Assembly: GCA_951406725.2 (NCBI GenBank)
Contig: OX597815.1
Coordinates: 108,066,001 to 108,130,000 of the forward strand
Direction of reading: 5' to 3'
Length of the DNA: 64,000 nucleotides
DNA from: Octopus vulgaris
Lineage: Eukaryota
Below, in pieces: positions 27,551 to 41,036 of this stretch. Positions within the stretch are counted from its first letter, which is position 1; each line of letters opens with the position of its first letter. Made by a program: the position numbers and the translations under genes. Under the pieces are notes generated by a model that was given only the letters and a program-made list of their open reading frames with translations, was not told the origin of the DNA and did not search any database.

Positions 27551-29016
27551 TACAGCCAATTGCCTCTTCAGTCAGAGTCCAGAATGTTCCCGTAGTTTCA
27601 CCCACTTATCTCCAATACTACTCAAAACTGGCTGGGCCAATGACTTAAGCTAAATGTATTAAGCCCCTGGACAAAGTAAACAAATGTACATATGCAAAAA
27701 CAAATAAGTAAACAAAAGAAGGGGTCTTTCGACTATCGGATGAACGTAACATATGAAAAAGAACTATACATATACAACGGACAAGCACCTTTCAGCTATA
27801 CAACAAAAGGAAAATAATTATATACTTACAACAGAAATAAAACAAAACAAAACAAACGGGGTCTTTCTACTATCAGATGAGTAAGGATTTGAATGAATCA
27901 GGTATTGAAATGATAGACACCAAGTTGGGCTGAATTAGCTTGTAAACAGCACCTTTAGTTGAATAAATATCATGGGGATCTAAGTACATCCAGTGAATTA
28001 GTCAGGTTATATATACAGAAAATTTAATCCTTATGAGTATTTTAATAGCCTAAGATCTAATTCAAAAATGTACATTGAAATGGTCATAGGGCATTTGATA
28101 TACTCAAGAATGTCTGACTGGTCAGGATTCCAGTGAGGTGTATTATGAACAAATGAATGACAAATGATGGTTAAGTGTCCTTTCATTAAAGCTGTTTCCA
28201 ACTGAATTTTTAATACATTAATGAGTACATTACATCATAACAAAAGAAAAATGTACTCATTAATCTATTAAAAAAGTTCGTTGGAAACAGCTGTAATGCT
28301 CTTTATCTGTGTATGTAGGTGTGTGTGTGTATACACATACATATCTATATATATATATATATATGCATATACATACACACACACACACACATATATACAT
28401 ACACCCACATATGTATATGTGTGTGATTTGATTCGCAGTCTATAGTTCATGCTCTGTGATTTTCAGGTAAATATGTCAACATCGATTCATAATCAGACAG
28501 GGCACCTTTTGTTATTTCTTCAACTTCTCAGTGAACCATGTTCAAATCTTGCTGTGTTTTTCATTCATTCAGTGTCAATAAATAATGTACCAGATTGAAC
28601 AACTAGGGCAAAACTATGATACAAAATACTTTGTTGTGTCTATTTTGAATCCTTGCACTCTGAGTTCAAATTGCATTGATGAACAGAGGGATAATCATCC
28701 AAGCACAGAACCTCATTTGTTTATAAAAGCTTCAGTGCATAGAGGAGTATTATTGGTGCATCTGAAATCAAATGATGATTGTATATATATATATATATAT
28801 ATATATGAAAAGTAAGGATAAGCACAAGTTTATGCACATTTCACCATTGTGGTTGTTTGGAGTCCTGCAATAGAAGTTCTGAATGCATATAGATACTCAA
28901 CTACAACAGATTCCCAGGAAACACTTTATTGTATCAAGTTACATAATTGCATTAAATAGATTACAGCAGTTTCAGCTATAGAGAAATGACCCCTAAATGT
29001 GTGTGTGTGTTTGTGC

Positions 29017-29050
<34 letters not shown>

Positions 29051-29644
29051 ATGTGTGTGTGTGTGTGTGTTATTCCTAAGACAATTCAATATACAAATTC
29101 AATAATACATTCGGTTTAATATATATAAATGTTCTGTTAAAAATGTCCATTATTACAGAATTGTAACATCATCCTATTTCAAACTAAGATGCATAATTGT
29201 ATACACACATTTAAGCATAAATGGAAAGTATACAACACCTCACTAGCTAAATTCACCTGGGACTGTAAGGAAAAATATGTCAATTACTGTTTCTTTGTTG
29301 ATTATAGGTAGTGCACTTTCATATAGAGGATATTAGATAGCTGTGATTTGTGTTTCATAGAAGGATTAGAATTTTTCAAATGTAGATCTAATTTAATTAA
29401 TTTGCATAATAAATTCTTGCTCATTTGCTCCTACTTGTTTGATAAAACTGAAAATTTCCACTTAAAATTCCACTTAGCTAACTTATTTGATTCATATAGA
29501 TCAATGTTAACCTTATACTTCTCTCAACTCACACTTGAATTATTTATTATATAACCAACCAATCATTCATTTCTTAAATGATATATCTAATTTAATTTTT
29601 ATGCAATGTTAATTTTAATTTAATTATTGATGACCCAATATTAC

Positions 29645-29836
29645 ATGCTGATGCTGTGTAAAAGGCATCCAGTCCACTCTGTAACATGACTGGCATTAGG
29701 GAGGGCATCTATATGTAAAAATCATGCCAAAAGAGACAGTAGAACTTGGTGCAGCCTTCTGGCTTGTCATCTGCTGTCAAACCGTCCAACCCATGCCAGC
29801 ATGGAAAAATGGATGTTAAATGATGATGATGATGAT
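29645..29836 (+). mobile_element. RTE 3' tail copy
   Basis: ggcattagggagggcatc...aaccgtccaacccatgccagcatggaaa..gttaaa(tga)n; other copies at 7860-8010(-), 42290-42600(-), 48640-48955, 57100-57325, 61260-61420, 63140-63300(-). Confidence 0.8.
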
Positions 29837-30501
29837 TACTCAGATGGTGCACAAGTTTTTTTCTATTCTCCCCACCCATCGTCATTTCTTTTTCTTATTC
29901 ATTTAGTCTCATGTCTATATTAATTATTTTCCCTTTTTAATACTACTATTTCTTCTTTTATTGGCACAGCTGAGATTGTAGCTGTAAACTGCCACCTCTT
30001 TGAAGTTTCTAAATTTTTGCTTTATTTTATCTCTTGCATTCCATTCTCCCCACCAATATATATGTAAACAATAACTCTGACAACCACTCGACCTGTTGGA
30101 GCCAGTATACTGGCTGATTGTACAAGATCAAAAGAAAGAAACTGAAACGTCTCATATCTTCATTATCCATCTACTGATACATCTCCATAATAGAGTGAAA
30201 AACTTGCTGTTTACTTCATTACTCTAATATTGTGAACTCTACCATCTCTCCCTGTATTCATTAGAAATAAATCAAAATATACTTCAATATTACAATTTTA
30301 ATTTGATCCAAAGTGATGATTAGACGTACTCTCATTGATTATTGCATAGATTTACATAATTTTTATATGTATAAACCAATGTGTAAATTGATGAAATGCT
30401 TCCCCTAACTATTGAAATGATTATAACATTTTAAGGAAGATATGTAATACTATCATCTTTATTGCTTCATTTACTTACCAACTCTCTTGCCTTTCACATA
30501 C

Positions 30502-30533
30502 ACACACACACACACACATATATATATGTGTCC

Positions 30534-30585
<52 letters not shown>

Positions 30586-30631
30586 TACATATATACATAT
30601 ACATATATATATATATGTATATGTATATATA

Positions 30632-30667
<36 letters not shown>

Positions 30668-30699
30668 TACATATATACATATACATATATATATATATG

Positions 30700-30746
<47 letters not shown>
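30502..30746. repeat. Compound (CA)n/(TA)n/(TATACA)n microsatellite, representative of dozens in the window
   Basis: Read directly; similar blocks at 11890-11950, 26314-26395, 33265-33405, 44010-44180, 52010-52270. Confidence 0.95.
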
Positions 30747-30748
<2 letters not shown>

Positions 30749-32664
30749 GGAGACAGAGGGGAAGCAAATAAGAAAAAATTTGCCAATGTTCTGCATCATG
30801 AGGACCAAAGACTTGAGGTATTTCAGGTTGCAAGACAGTGTGTGAGAAAGAATCATAATGTCGTAGGAGAGAAATGTGTCTGCATGGATGATGGTTCACT
30901 TTCACTAAATGAGGCTGCAAAGAGTGAGATATGGAGGCGCCACTATGAAAGGTTGCTCAATAAAGAAAAGGAATGGGAGAAAGAGAGTCTACTGAATGTT
31001 GACCCAACAGAGGGACCAGCTATCCGAGTTGACAGTACCTTGGTAGATAACGCAATTAAGAGAATGAAGACAGGGAAAGCCCCTGACCCATCAGGAATCA
31101 CTGCAGAGATGCTCAAAATATCTGGCAGTGTCAGCTATAGCCTAGTCACCTGTATAGTTAACCAGGGGATACACGAAGGAGTTATACCCAATGACTGGTG
31201 TAGCAGCATAATAGTCAACTGCTACAAAGGTAGAGGTGACGTTTTAGATACAAATAATTACAGAGGTATCAAGTTGTTGGATCAGGTAATGAAGGTGAAG
31301 GAGAGAGTCATAGCCCAACTAATTAGGGAGAGAGTCAGTTTAGATGAGATGCAGTTTGGGTTTGTGCCAGGGAAAAGCACCACTAATACTATATTTCTGG
31401 TAACACAGCTGCAGGAGAAATACCTAGCCAAAGATAAACTTCTGTACATGGCTTTTGTTGACATGGAGGAAGCCTTTGACAGGGCCCCCCAATCCCTTAT
31501 CTGGTGGTCAATGAAGAAACTAGAGATAGATGAATGGTTAGTGAGAGCTGTGCAAGCCATGTACAGGGATGCTGTCAGTAAGGTGAGGGATGGCAATGAG
31601 TACAGTGAAGAATTCTGTGTAGAGGTAAGGGTCCACCAAGGATCAGTCCTCAGCCCCCTCTTATTCATCATAGTCCTCCAGGCAATAATAGAGTAATTCA
31701 AGACAGGATGCACCTGGGAGCTTCTCTATGCTGATGACGTTGCTCTAAAAGCTGAGTCACTATCAGAACTAAAAGAGTAGTTTCAGGTGTGGAAACAAGG
31801 ATTAGAATCGAAGGGCCTTAGAGTCAACCTAGCTAAAACCAAAGTCCTAATAATTAGGAAGGCAGACAAACCACAAATCCCTTCAGGTTGATGGCCCTGC
31901 TCAATCTGTAGAAAAGGCATAGATAGAAACTCTATAAGATGTACCCAGTGTAAGCTATGGACACATAAGAGGTGCAGCAATATAAAAAGAAGACTAACTG
32001 GGAAGATAGTTTTTGTATGTGGCAGATGCTCATGAGCAATAAACACTGAAAATGCACAGAGAACAACTTTCACCACATTCCAGGGAGAAAAACTAGAAGT
32101 AGTTGATAGCTTCCATTACCTAGGTGACCAAGTCAGTAGCTGGGGAGGGTGTGCTGAAAGTGTAGCTGCTAGAATAAGAACAGCCTGGTCAGAATTCAGA
32201 GAGCTTTTACCTCTGCTGGTGACAAAGGGCCTCTTGCTCAGAGTAAAAGGTAGACTGTATGATACATGTGTGTGAACAGCCATGCAACATGGCAGTGAAA
32301 CATGGGCCATGACTGCTGAGGACATGCGTAAGCTCACAAGAAATGAAGCCAGGATGTGTAATGTCAGTGTGTATACTCGACAAAATGTAAGTACCTTGAG
32401 AGAAAAGTTGGACCTAAGAAGCATCAGATGTGGTGTGCAAGAGAGACAACTACACTGGTATGGTCATGTGGCGAGAATGGATGAGGATAGCTGTGTGAAA
32501 ACACCCAAGCAGTTGAGGGAACCTGTGGAAGAGGTAGATCCAGGAAGACCTGGGATGAGGTGGTGAAGCACAACCTTCGAAAATTAGGCCTCATTGAGGC
32601 AATGACTAGTGACCGAGACTATTGGAAATATGCAGTGTGTGAGAAGATCCGGTAAGCTAAGTGA
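30747..32664 (+). pseudogene. RTE reverse transcriptase ORF with premature stops
   Basis: [48 protein letters not shown], stop at 31694, in-frame LLYADDV (YADD 31727-31738), FHYLG, HGSETW, LHWYGHV. Confidence 0.93.
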
Positions 32665-33263
32665 GACCATAACCAGTGGCCTATACCAGGGATGTAACCA
32701 GCCCACTTATGCATACTTTTCCTTCATTGGACACTAAACTCTGCTTGCGAAGACCTGTTGAGGCAAGTGAAATCGCAATCAAACCAAATTCGCAAATTTG
32801 ATGACCGGAACCCTTGTTAGTGGAGTGCTAAGAGCACCATCATAGCATGATCGCTGCCAGAGAATCTGACTGGCTTCCATGCTGGTGGCACATAAAAAGC
32901 ACCGTTCAAACGTGATCATTACCAGCATCGCCTTACTGGCACTTGTGCCAGTGACACCTGAAAAGCATTCAAGCGAGGTTGTTGCCAGTACTGTTGAACA
33001 AGCTCCCGTGCAGCTGGCATGTAAAAAACACCACTTGAGCATGGCTGTTGCTAGTACTGCCTAACTGGCCCTCGTGCTGGTGGTGCATAAAAGCAGCCAC
33101 TACACTCTCAGACTTGTTGGTGTTAGGAAGGGCATCCAGCTGTAGAAACTCTGCCAGATCAGATTGGAGTCTGGTGCAGCCATCTGGCTTGCCAGTCCTC
33201 AGTCAAATCGTCCAACCCATGCTAGCATGGAAAGTGGATGATAAACGATGATAAACGATGATG
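30747..33263 (+). mobile_element. 5'-truncated RTE-clade LINE with RT, 3' UTR and (GAT)n tail
   Basis: RT motifs, long 3' UTR, aaacgatgatgat tail; flanked on both sides by (TA)/(TATG) microsatellite. Confidence 0.95.
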
Positions 33264-33320
33264 ATATATATGTATGTATTTATGTATGTATGTATGTATG
33301 TATGTATGTATGTATGTATG

Positions 33321-33407
<87 letters not shown>

Positions 33408-33409
<2 letters not shown>

Positions 33410-33704
33410 TACTAATACAGGATAAAAATTTTTTTCAGAAAAAATTTCATCAAAAGTGGCAGCATATTAAAATACCTTTAAATGTTAAAATTATAAACAA
33501 CTTATAAACAAGGGCAATAGAAAAATTATTTCTATGCCAATATGCTGAGAACAGACTTTAAATCGTCAATTTCCACATTACAATATACATTCACTGTATG
33601 TATTTATAGTGAATGTATATTGTAATGTGGAAATTGACGATTTAAAGTCTGTTCTCAGCATATTAGCATAGAAATAATTTTTCTTTTGCCCTTGTTTATA
33701 AGTT
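33408..33704. mobile_element. Foldback element with 97-bp inverted arms, between (TA)n tracts
   Basis: 33499-33595 is a near-perfect reverse complement of 33608-33704, with a 12-nt spacer. Confidence 0.8.
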
Positions 33705-34816
33705 ATATATATATACTTATTCATATTTGTATGTATGTATGTATGTATGTATGTAAGCATGTATGTATATATGATATATAGTATGTAGTTATAGCTTCTT
33801 AAATAAAACTTTTTCTTAGGAATGATTTAGCATACCACTATCAATAAGTAGCCAATGAAATGACATCACAAGGATGAATTGATTCTATGTAAAAGATTAA
33901 GAAGACTTGCAGGTAAACTTATTTGTCATTCAAACTCTTCCAAACACTTTAAGACATTATTCCTTATTCTCATGTAACTGAATTACTAACATAAAACTTG
34001 AGAATTTGTTCTACCTTTGATAAGCCTATAAGAACTGAAGTTAGCTTGAAATAACTACATTAAATGTAGATTTGCTTAATTACTGGAAGAATGGTGATCC
34101 GAAAGATATGTTAAGATGAATAATCTATTCACAGATGAATGCTGTTCATACTGGATTATCAGTCATTTGTATAAACATTAAATTTTATGAAGTCAGTATA
34201 AAATATTGGACATTGTAGTAAGACTTCTTCTCCTTTCTAAACCTAATAAACTGTTTGGCTAGAACTGTCCTTAACAATAAAATCTCTGGACAATGCAAAA
34301 ATGTAAAACAGCTCATGCGTAATTTGAAAGCTACTGAACTCTCCATCAAACCCTGTTCTTACTCATAAAACCACTGAGCTAAATCAAGAAGCATTCTTGT
34401 CCCTGGACAGACAAATTAATGATAATATTGTTTCCTTTAATCCAGCTGAGATAATTTCAATATTTTCTATTATATCTAAGAATATCACATTCTAATTGTA
34501 TTCTTCTAAACTTTGCGATGAATAAATACTTAAAAACCTCTCCAAATATGTCAAAGTTCTAATAATAAAAATAAATGAATTTCTCTATTTTCTTCAGAAT
34601 AAAAATGTGTTTTGGAAAAATCTCCAGGGAATGTTTGCTGGTTTCTCTAATTAAATGAGAAATATATTTTAAAAACCAGAAATGTCTGCTACCAGCTCTT
34701 TTCATTGTATGGATCTTTGATTCTAATGAAGGATAAGTTTTTAATTAATTTTAATTAGTTTGGTCCCAACAAATTTTGATAACACTAACAATTTAATAAT
34801 TACAATAAATAACTTC

Positions 34817-34854
<38 letters not shown>

Positions 34855-34860
<6 letters not shown>

Positions 34861-36103
34861 CGAGTCAAAACTATTTTCTGCATTTCAAACTTTAATTAGT
34901 AGTTCAACAACAAATTACACACGAAAAGTGTTTACTCATCAAAATATCAAAATATATCCTATCATACTCTAGCTGTTGCCACTGTTATGTTTGAAGTTCA
35001 GTTCCATGCTTATAACAATTGACTGGTTTAGAGGCAAAAAACCCTCTGTAACTGCTTTCGGCCTCATCCACATTGTTGAACCTCTGCCTGTGCAGGAAAT
35101 GAGTGATGGCTCAAAGAAAGTGGTAATCTGATGGTGCATGGTTTGGACTAAGGTGAGGTAGTACTTCTAGCCCATCAAGTTTCTACTTGGTCACATTGGT
35201 AGAATGTGCTGGGGAATTGCCATGCTGTAGGAGTATGCATCTTTTATTTTCATGTATTATATACTCACCACAGTTGTTGAGCATAAAGGTTAGTGTTCAT
35301 AGCATGACCGTTTAGGACAAACTCAAAGTGCAATATCCCCTTAAAATTCTGCCTTTACGTAACTTTCTGTACAAACCACCCCTGTTTGACAACAGGTTCT
35401 GAAGCCTGGCCAGAATAAAGCCTCTAATTCCTCTTATTAGCATTACAAAAATAGATCTATATTTTTCATCCCTAGTTACAATCTGACTTTAAAAAATGGT
35501 CATCGTAAGAATTTGCAGGTAGTTGTTTGAAAATGTTCACACATTGCAAAACCTGATCATCGGTCATTCATGAAAAGCTTCTCGACAGAGTTTGTTTGCA
35601 AACCTGAGCTTTTAGAGGTGTCGACTGATGATGCTGTGTGAAGGACCAAGTTCTGCTAGCAATGTTTGAGTCTTTGTGTTTGTCTGTTGTTCAACCAATT
35701 CAAATAAGTCCTAATCTTCCGCAACAAAAGGTCTTGTTGACCATGGTTTGTCTTCAAGGCTGGTGTCCCCTTCCTTGAAACTTCTGAACCAGTTTTGTGC
35801 TACCTGTTCATTGACAGTTCTGGAATCTTCTATATCCTTAATTTCTTTTGCCGCTGTCCTTGTATTCAGTCCTTTTCTCTACAGGTAGTGTAAAAAGGCT
35901 CTAATTGCAGTTTTCTAACCACTCATTATCAAAACTGTAAAATAAAAAATAAACAGTTAATGTTTATATGTTATATATAAAAAAATAAAGAGTAATAAAT
36001 TCAGCAACGATTGGACAAGTTATACCAGATTAATGACATAACAAGGAGATACAAGTTGCCAAATCATTGGTAAACATCTCAAAGAAATTTTGACTGAACC
36101 TCA
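34855..36103 (-). mobile_element. Decayed full-length mariner transposon (~1.25 kb)
   Basis: Imperfect TIRs tgaggtcgagtcaaaa / ttttgactgaacctca; minus-strand AQNWFRSFKEGDTSLEDKP, QIVTRDEK, LLQHGNSPAH, SPNHAPSDYHFF. Confidence 0.85.
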
Positions 36104-36289
36104 TGCGTGAGTGTGTGTGTCTATATATGTGTGTGTATACAAGTATGTATATAGACATATATATGTATGTATGCATAAAACACACATACATGCACACATA
36201 TACAAATTTCCATCCATCCACACACACATTTATACACTCACACATGCTCTCTCTCTCTCACACACACACACATACACGCTATTATTGAT

Positions 36290-36560
36290 TTGACTCAGGT
36301 TTGGTTTATATTCCTGGTAGGATTTATGTGGGTTACTACTTGCAACCTTAGGTATCCACTATTTTTCAGTGGTCTTTCAAGTACTTAGAACCCTCCTGAT
36401 AATCTTTCCTGTCCTAAGAGGCAAACTTTCTGCAGAAGTTCTACATGACATTCTAATCCACAGACTATATTCTATAGATTCCAACCATTTGACAGTATCT
36501 TTGCTTACAGTTTCCAATGCACCAATTATTATAAGATTACACCAATTGCTATTGGTGCAC
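36290..36560 (-). mobile_element. R4/Dong-type LINE extreme 3' fragment (divergent subfamily)
   Basis: IIIGALETVSKDTVKWLESI...LRTGKIIRRVLST* is a typical C-terminus. Confidence 0.7.
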
Positions 36561-37167
36561 AGTTTGGCTCCATACAACTTGAAGTTTCATACACTTCTTA
36601 CAGAAACTTAAGCTCATTCAAGCTCAGCTAACTAAATGACACGATAGAGGAAGTCCAAGACAGCTACTGGAACTGGAATGCTATTATTCAAGGTGGGTCA
36701 CATGATGTTGCCAGAAGTGAGATCAACATTTCAACGACACCAAGTGCATTAAAAAGGAGAATTTCTTGGACCACATGGTTGGAGAGGAAGCTGGTGGCAT
36801 CTTGGTGACTGGTTGACCTTTAAGGGGCTTGCAGGCTGACAGAAACAGGGCTGGCAAGGGTGTGTGTGTATATATCTGATGTATGATTGCGTGGATATGG
36901 GTGTCTGGTGTCTATGCAGGTCTGTATGAGTGGGGGAGGGTAGCTGGTGTGTGGTTGAGGGCTGGCATCTGGGTGAGAGCTGCTTTTTCTTTTGTTTGTC
37001 CGCTCACTTGTATATATATCGCTTTTAGAAACACATTAATCCAGAGAAGAAGCACACTCTAAGAGGTAGAGCAGTTTGTATTTTTCCTGGTGAAGGCCAG
37101 TTTATGGGTCACCCTGGGTTTCCTGTCCATAAAGGGTTTAACTTTATGGCATATTGTCAGGTCCCAA

Positions 37168-37678
37168 ATAAATAATATATATATATGCATATATACATAC
37201 ATGTACATGCCTACATATATATGTATATATACATGCATATATGGGTACAGGATGCCAAAAAATATGTGAACAAAATGAGAAACAAGAACATAAAAACAAA
37301 AGCATGGAAAAGGAACTTTTTTCGAACAACGAAAGAAACAAATAGAGAAGTGAGACAGGCAGAACATTCCCTTCATCAGTTATCCCCTGTTTTATCTACT
37401 CTGCATTTCAAAGGTAGGGACAGAAACGTGGAGTAGATAAAGCAGGGGACAACTGACAAAGGGAATGTTCTTTATGTTGCCTGTTTCGTTTCTCTATTTG
37501 TTTCTCTTGTTGTTCGGAAAAAAGTTCGTTTTCCATGCTTTTGTTTTTTATGTTCTCATTTCCCATTTTGTTCACATTTTTTTGATGTCCTGTACCCGTA
37601 TATACATCTATATATACATATATATATGTAAGCACGAACATGTATTTGTGTATATATGCATATATACATATTATTTAT
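37168..37678. mobile_element. Foldback element with ~240-bp inverted arms (PLE terminal-repeat-like)
   Basis: 37168-37409 is the inverse of 37423-37678, with a 13-nt loop; arms contain gaaacg...aactga(t/c)(g/a)aaggg...gatgtcctgtaccc, also at 63690-63855. Confidence 0.8.
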
Positions 37679-38254
37679 ATTATTATATGATCGAACACCA
37701 TGCATCCATTTCCAAGTAAGTTTTATCTACACACACACACACACACATATATATAGTAATGTTTGCTGCCCCTTCAGCATAGCTGTTCTGTACATTTTAA
37801 CCCCAGAAAAACATCTTTTCCAGCTGGTTAACAACACACAACCTGTATCTGATATATGTGAGTAAGGGAGCAAACCACTCCCCTCCAGCATGGAAAGACC
37901 AGCATACCAGTCTGGCTTCAGGATTCCTACCTGCCCCCAGTACTGGACGCCTGCCTGCTAGAGATGGCAGTCATTCATCCCCACTTGCAATATGTAAACA
38001 AACAAGCAACTATCAGCCACTGATCTTGCAAAAAAGCTAAAATAACAAATTCTAAAATCTCTTACATTCCAGCCAATCATTTTTCATGGTAAGTATGATT
38101 GGTACCGGTACTAATCAAAAGGAACTTTTCTACTTTTAAATGCTAATTCCTGAAAGAAACTTCTCAAACTTTTGTGTACAGCTATAAAAACCTAGAATTT
38201 TTTTACTCTCACCAGAGTCATTGTCATTGTGACACAGAACCCATGTCCCTTTTG

Positions 38255-38567
38255 TCCATGATACACATACTGATGCCCACCCTCTTGTTCTCTCACACAT
38301 TCTCTGTCTCATTCTCCCCTCTCTCTCTTTCTGTTACTCTCTCTGTGATACAGACACACATTTGTATTCACTCAATAATTTTCTCTTCTCCATGATGCAC
38401 ACAATAATGCTTACCCTCTTGTTCTCTCTTACATTCTCTGTCTCTGTCTCATTCTCCCCCTCTCTCTCCTTTCTCTCTCTCTCTCTCTCTGTCGCTGTTT
38501 GTCTGTCACTCACTCTCTCTCTCTCTCTCTCTGATAGAGACACATTTGTATTCACTCAATAATTTTC
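38255..38567 (+). repeat. Local tandem duplication (~130 bp unit plus (CT)n expansion)
   Basis: ccatgat..caccctcttgttctctc...cacatttgtattcactcaataattttct occurs twice. Confidence 0.8.
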
Positions 38568-38636
38568 TTCACCGGCATTTCTCTCTAACTATTATGCTGC
38601 ATCACCTGCGTATGCTAGGTTACACACACACACTCA

Positions 38637-38706
<70 letters not shown>

Positions 38707-39064
38707 CACGCATGCACTCAGAACCTTTCATTGTGATATCCGAATTTTACTGTGTATTTCTGTCGAGATGTTGCACTTCATATTTCAATATGTAATCATC
38801 AGAGGAATGAAAAATAAAATTGCTACACATGGACGAATATTTTCATTTCTACTTTTGTCCAACCTTCAAGTGACATGAAAATCATTATACTTTAATCTTC
38901 TTTAGATCTCATATTCCACATGGCTTTGAACGCATGAAATGAGTGAGTGATTTATTGACAGGACAAGTGCCAACAACAATGCTGCTTGAACATTGGAATT
39001 TTCATATAAGCAAGTGTAGATTTAAACAAACACACAGACACATTTATGTGCATGTGTATATTCC

Positions 39065-39097
<33 letters not shown>

Positions 39098-39649
39098 GCA
39101 TATACATATATACCTATATATATATATATACATACACATATTTCCTCATTCTGCGGCTTTCTGCCGAGATGGTAAGTTAAGTTATTTACTCGTCGCCCGA
39201 TTTCTGGTGTGCCGGTTGTATTTCCAGTGATTGGTGGTTTATTAGAAGATTTTTAGACTCTAATTTTTACAGCAATGCCGGTACCTAATGTCCTATATTA
39301 TAATTATAAAATTTTATATATATATATATATACATATATACATTATATAGCATAATTTACATAATATACATATACTGAATCTTTGAAGAATTTACAGATA
39401 GAAGAAGCTATACACGACTCTTCAGCATGTATACCTTTGTAAAATCTCTCTTGTAATGAAACACATGTAAAACGGAATTAAGAATATACCAAATTCTTCC
39501 ACTCTTCTGTTTTGACACACACACTGACAGACACACACACATACCAACACACACATACATATATAACTGTTCATATATACATACAAACATATATATATGT
39601 TTGTATATATAAACATATATAGGCACATGCATATATTGTCTTATGCTTT

Positions 39650-40895
39650 TAATTATTTAAATTCTTCCTCCAAAGAAAGAGCTGCTTTTTAACAAAGATA
39701 CAAAGCTCTATTGTTGGAATGCAGATAACAAAAGCAATGTCACATTTTAAACTTAAGAAAAGTCTTGCATATTTTTACTATTCCACTGACAGATTGTATT
39801 TGTAATGTGCAAGTTAGTTGGTTGATTTCTTTTTCTGAAAACCTATTCAGATTGTCACTTAGGCATTTACACATAACATCAAGTGCACCAATTGACATAA
39901 GTGTGAATTTATGATCTGGATATAGAAGCTGGAGATTTTGAAACACTCATCAATAGCTGTCCTCTTTCTCTTTGATTTGCAATGAGCTATTTGCATCAGT
40001 ATAACAGCTTACTTCTGTGATGGTACGCACTTTTTGTCCATAACAACAACATCTGGTCTATTATGTTTACACTTACCAGATGTTTTGATGGGAATATTTC
40101 TTACATTGATGTTGGTGTATGTATTTAATATCAGAGGATTCTCTATATTTATTTCAGGACATTCTTTTTTCCTGAATGGCGTTGTGTATTGTTTTTACAG
40201 CAACACCATGTCACATAGGGAGGTGACATTTTTGGGCAGCTGCTAATCACACGTGATGTCTCCCACAGAAATATGACTTAATCTACATTTTTGGTTGCAT
40301 CTTGGAGTTCCAGGGGCTTCACTGTGTCTTTTGTCAGGTATTTTGTAGTAAACTCCTGTTCTTGGATTCCATATGCACAGCCTTCAAAGTGTGATGTATT
40401 GGTTATGAATCCAAGAGACACTGCTTCTTGTCAATATTACTGTCTTCTTTGGGTCTTTGGACAACATACACATACATAACCTTTTTTGGTATGCTGAGCA
40501 TTTCACATCCAGGTCTTTTTTAAAGTATGTTAGTCTGACAGTTTTGAGGTTGTGTGGGAGGGAGGTCATTGAAAGAGAGAGCTTCCTGAGTGCTGTTCAC
40601 ATGTAGGAAATTGTTCACATGTAGTAAATTGTTCACATGTAGGATATTGTTCACATGTAGGATATTGTTCACATGTAGGGTATTGTTCTCTTCACTTTTC
40701 AACACTAAGTTAATGCATTTATTTTTGCTGCTGTTATTTAGGAAGAGGTGTCTGACAGAGATTATATGACATATGAAAGCTGTCTGCACTGATTTCAAGC
40801 CTCTACCTCCTCCATCTTTCCTTATGTAGAGCCTGTTGCTATCGCTATTCCTGTGGAGATTTCCGGTTGACGTCAGTATCTTGTAGGTGTTAACA
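39650..40895 (-). mobile_element. 5'-truncated R4/Dong-clade LINE, decayed
   Basis: RLYIRKDGGGRGLKSV, FEGCAYGIQEQEFTTKYL, RPDVVVMD and LQIQSVSGIVKICKTFLKFKM remnants. Confidence 0.88.
40593..40688. repeat. 18-bp tandem repeat x5 inside the LINE ORF
   Basis: tgttcacatgtagg(a/g)tat units; translate as in-frame LHVNN(I/L/F). Confidence 0.85.
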
Positions 40896-40997
40896 TCTAT
40901 ATGTATGCAACAACCATTTTTTTCCACTTTTGTCAATCAAATCCACTCAAATTCACTTATATGGCTTTGTTCAGCTTAGGACTCAAGCAGAAAATGC

Positions 40998-41036
<39 letters not shown>

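Noticed and set aside
32880-33100. CRISPR-like repeat/spacer pattern
   Set aside because: The units are diverged and mutually homologous throughout, lie in a eukaryotic LINE UTR, and have no cas genes nearby.
30733-33277. atatatgtatgtat on both sides of the RTE as a TSD
   Set aside because: Low-complexity sequence; cannot be distinguished from the host microsatellite.
39140-39285. Small CpG-containing patch with atg/gtaagt donor-like site
   Set aside because: No upstream exon or ORF support; more likely a repeat fragment.
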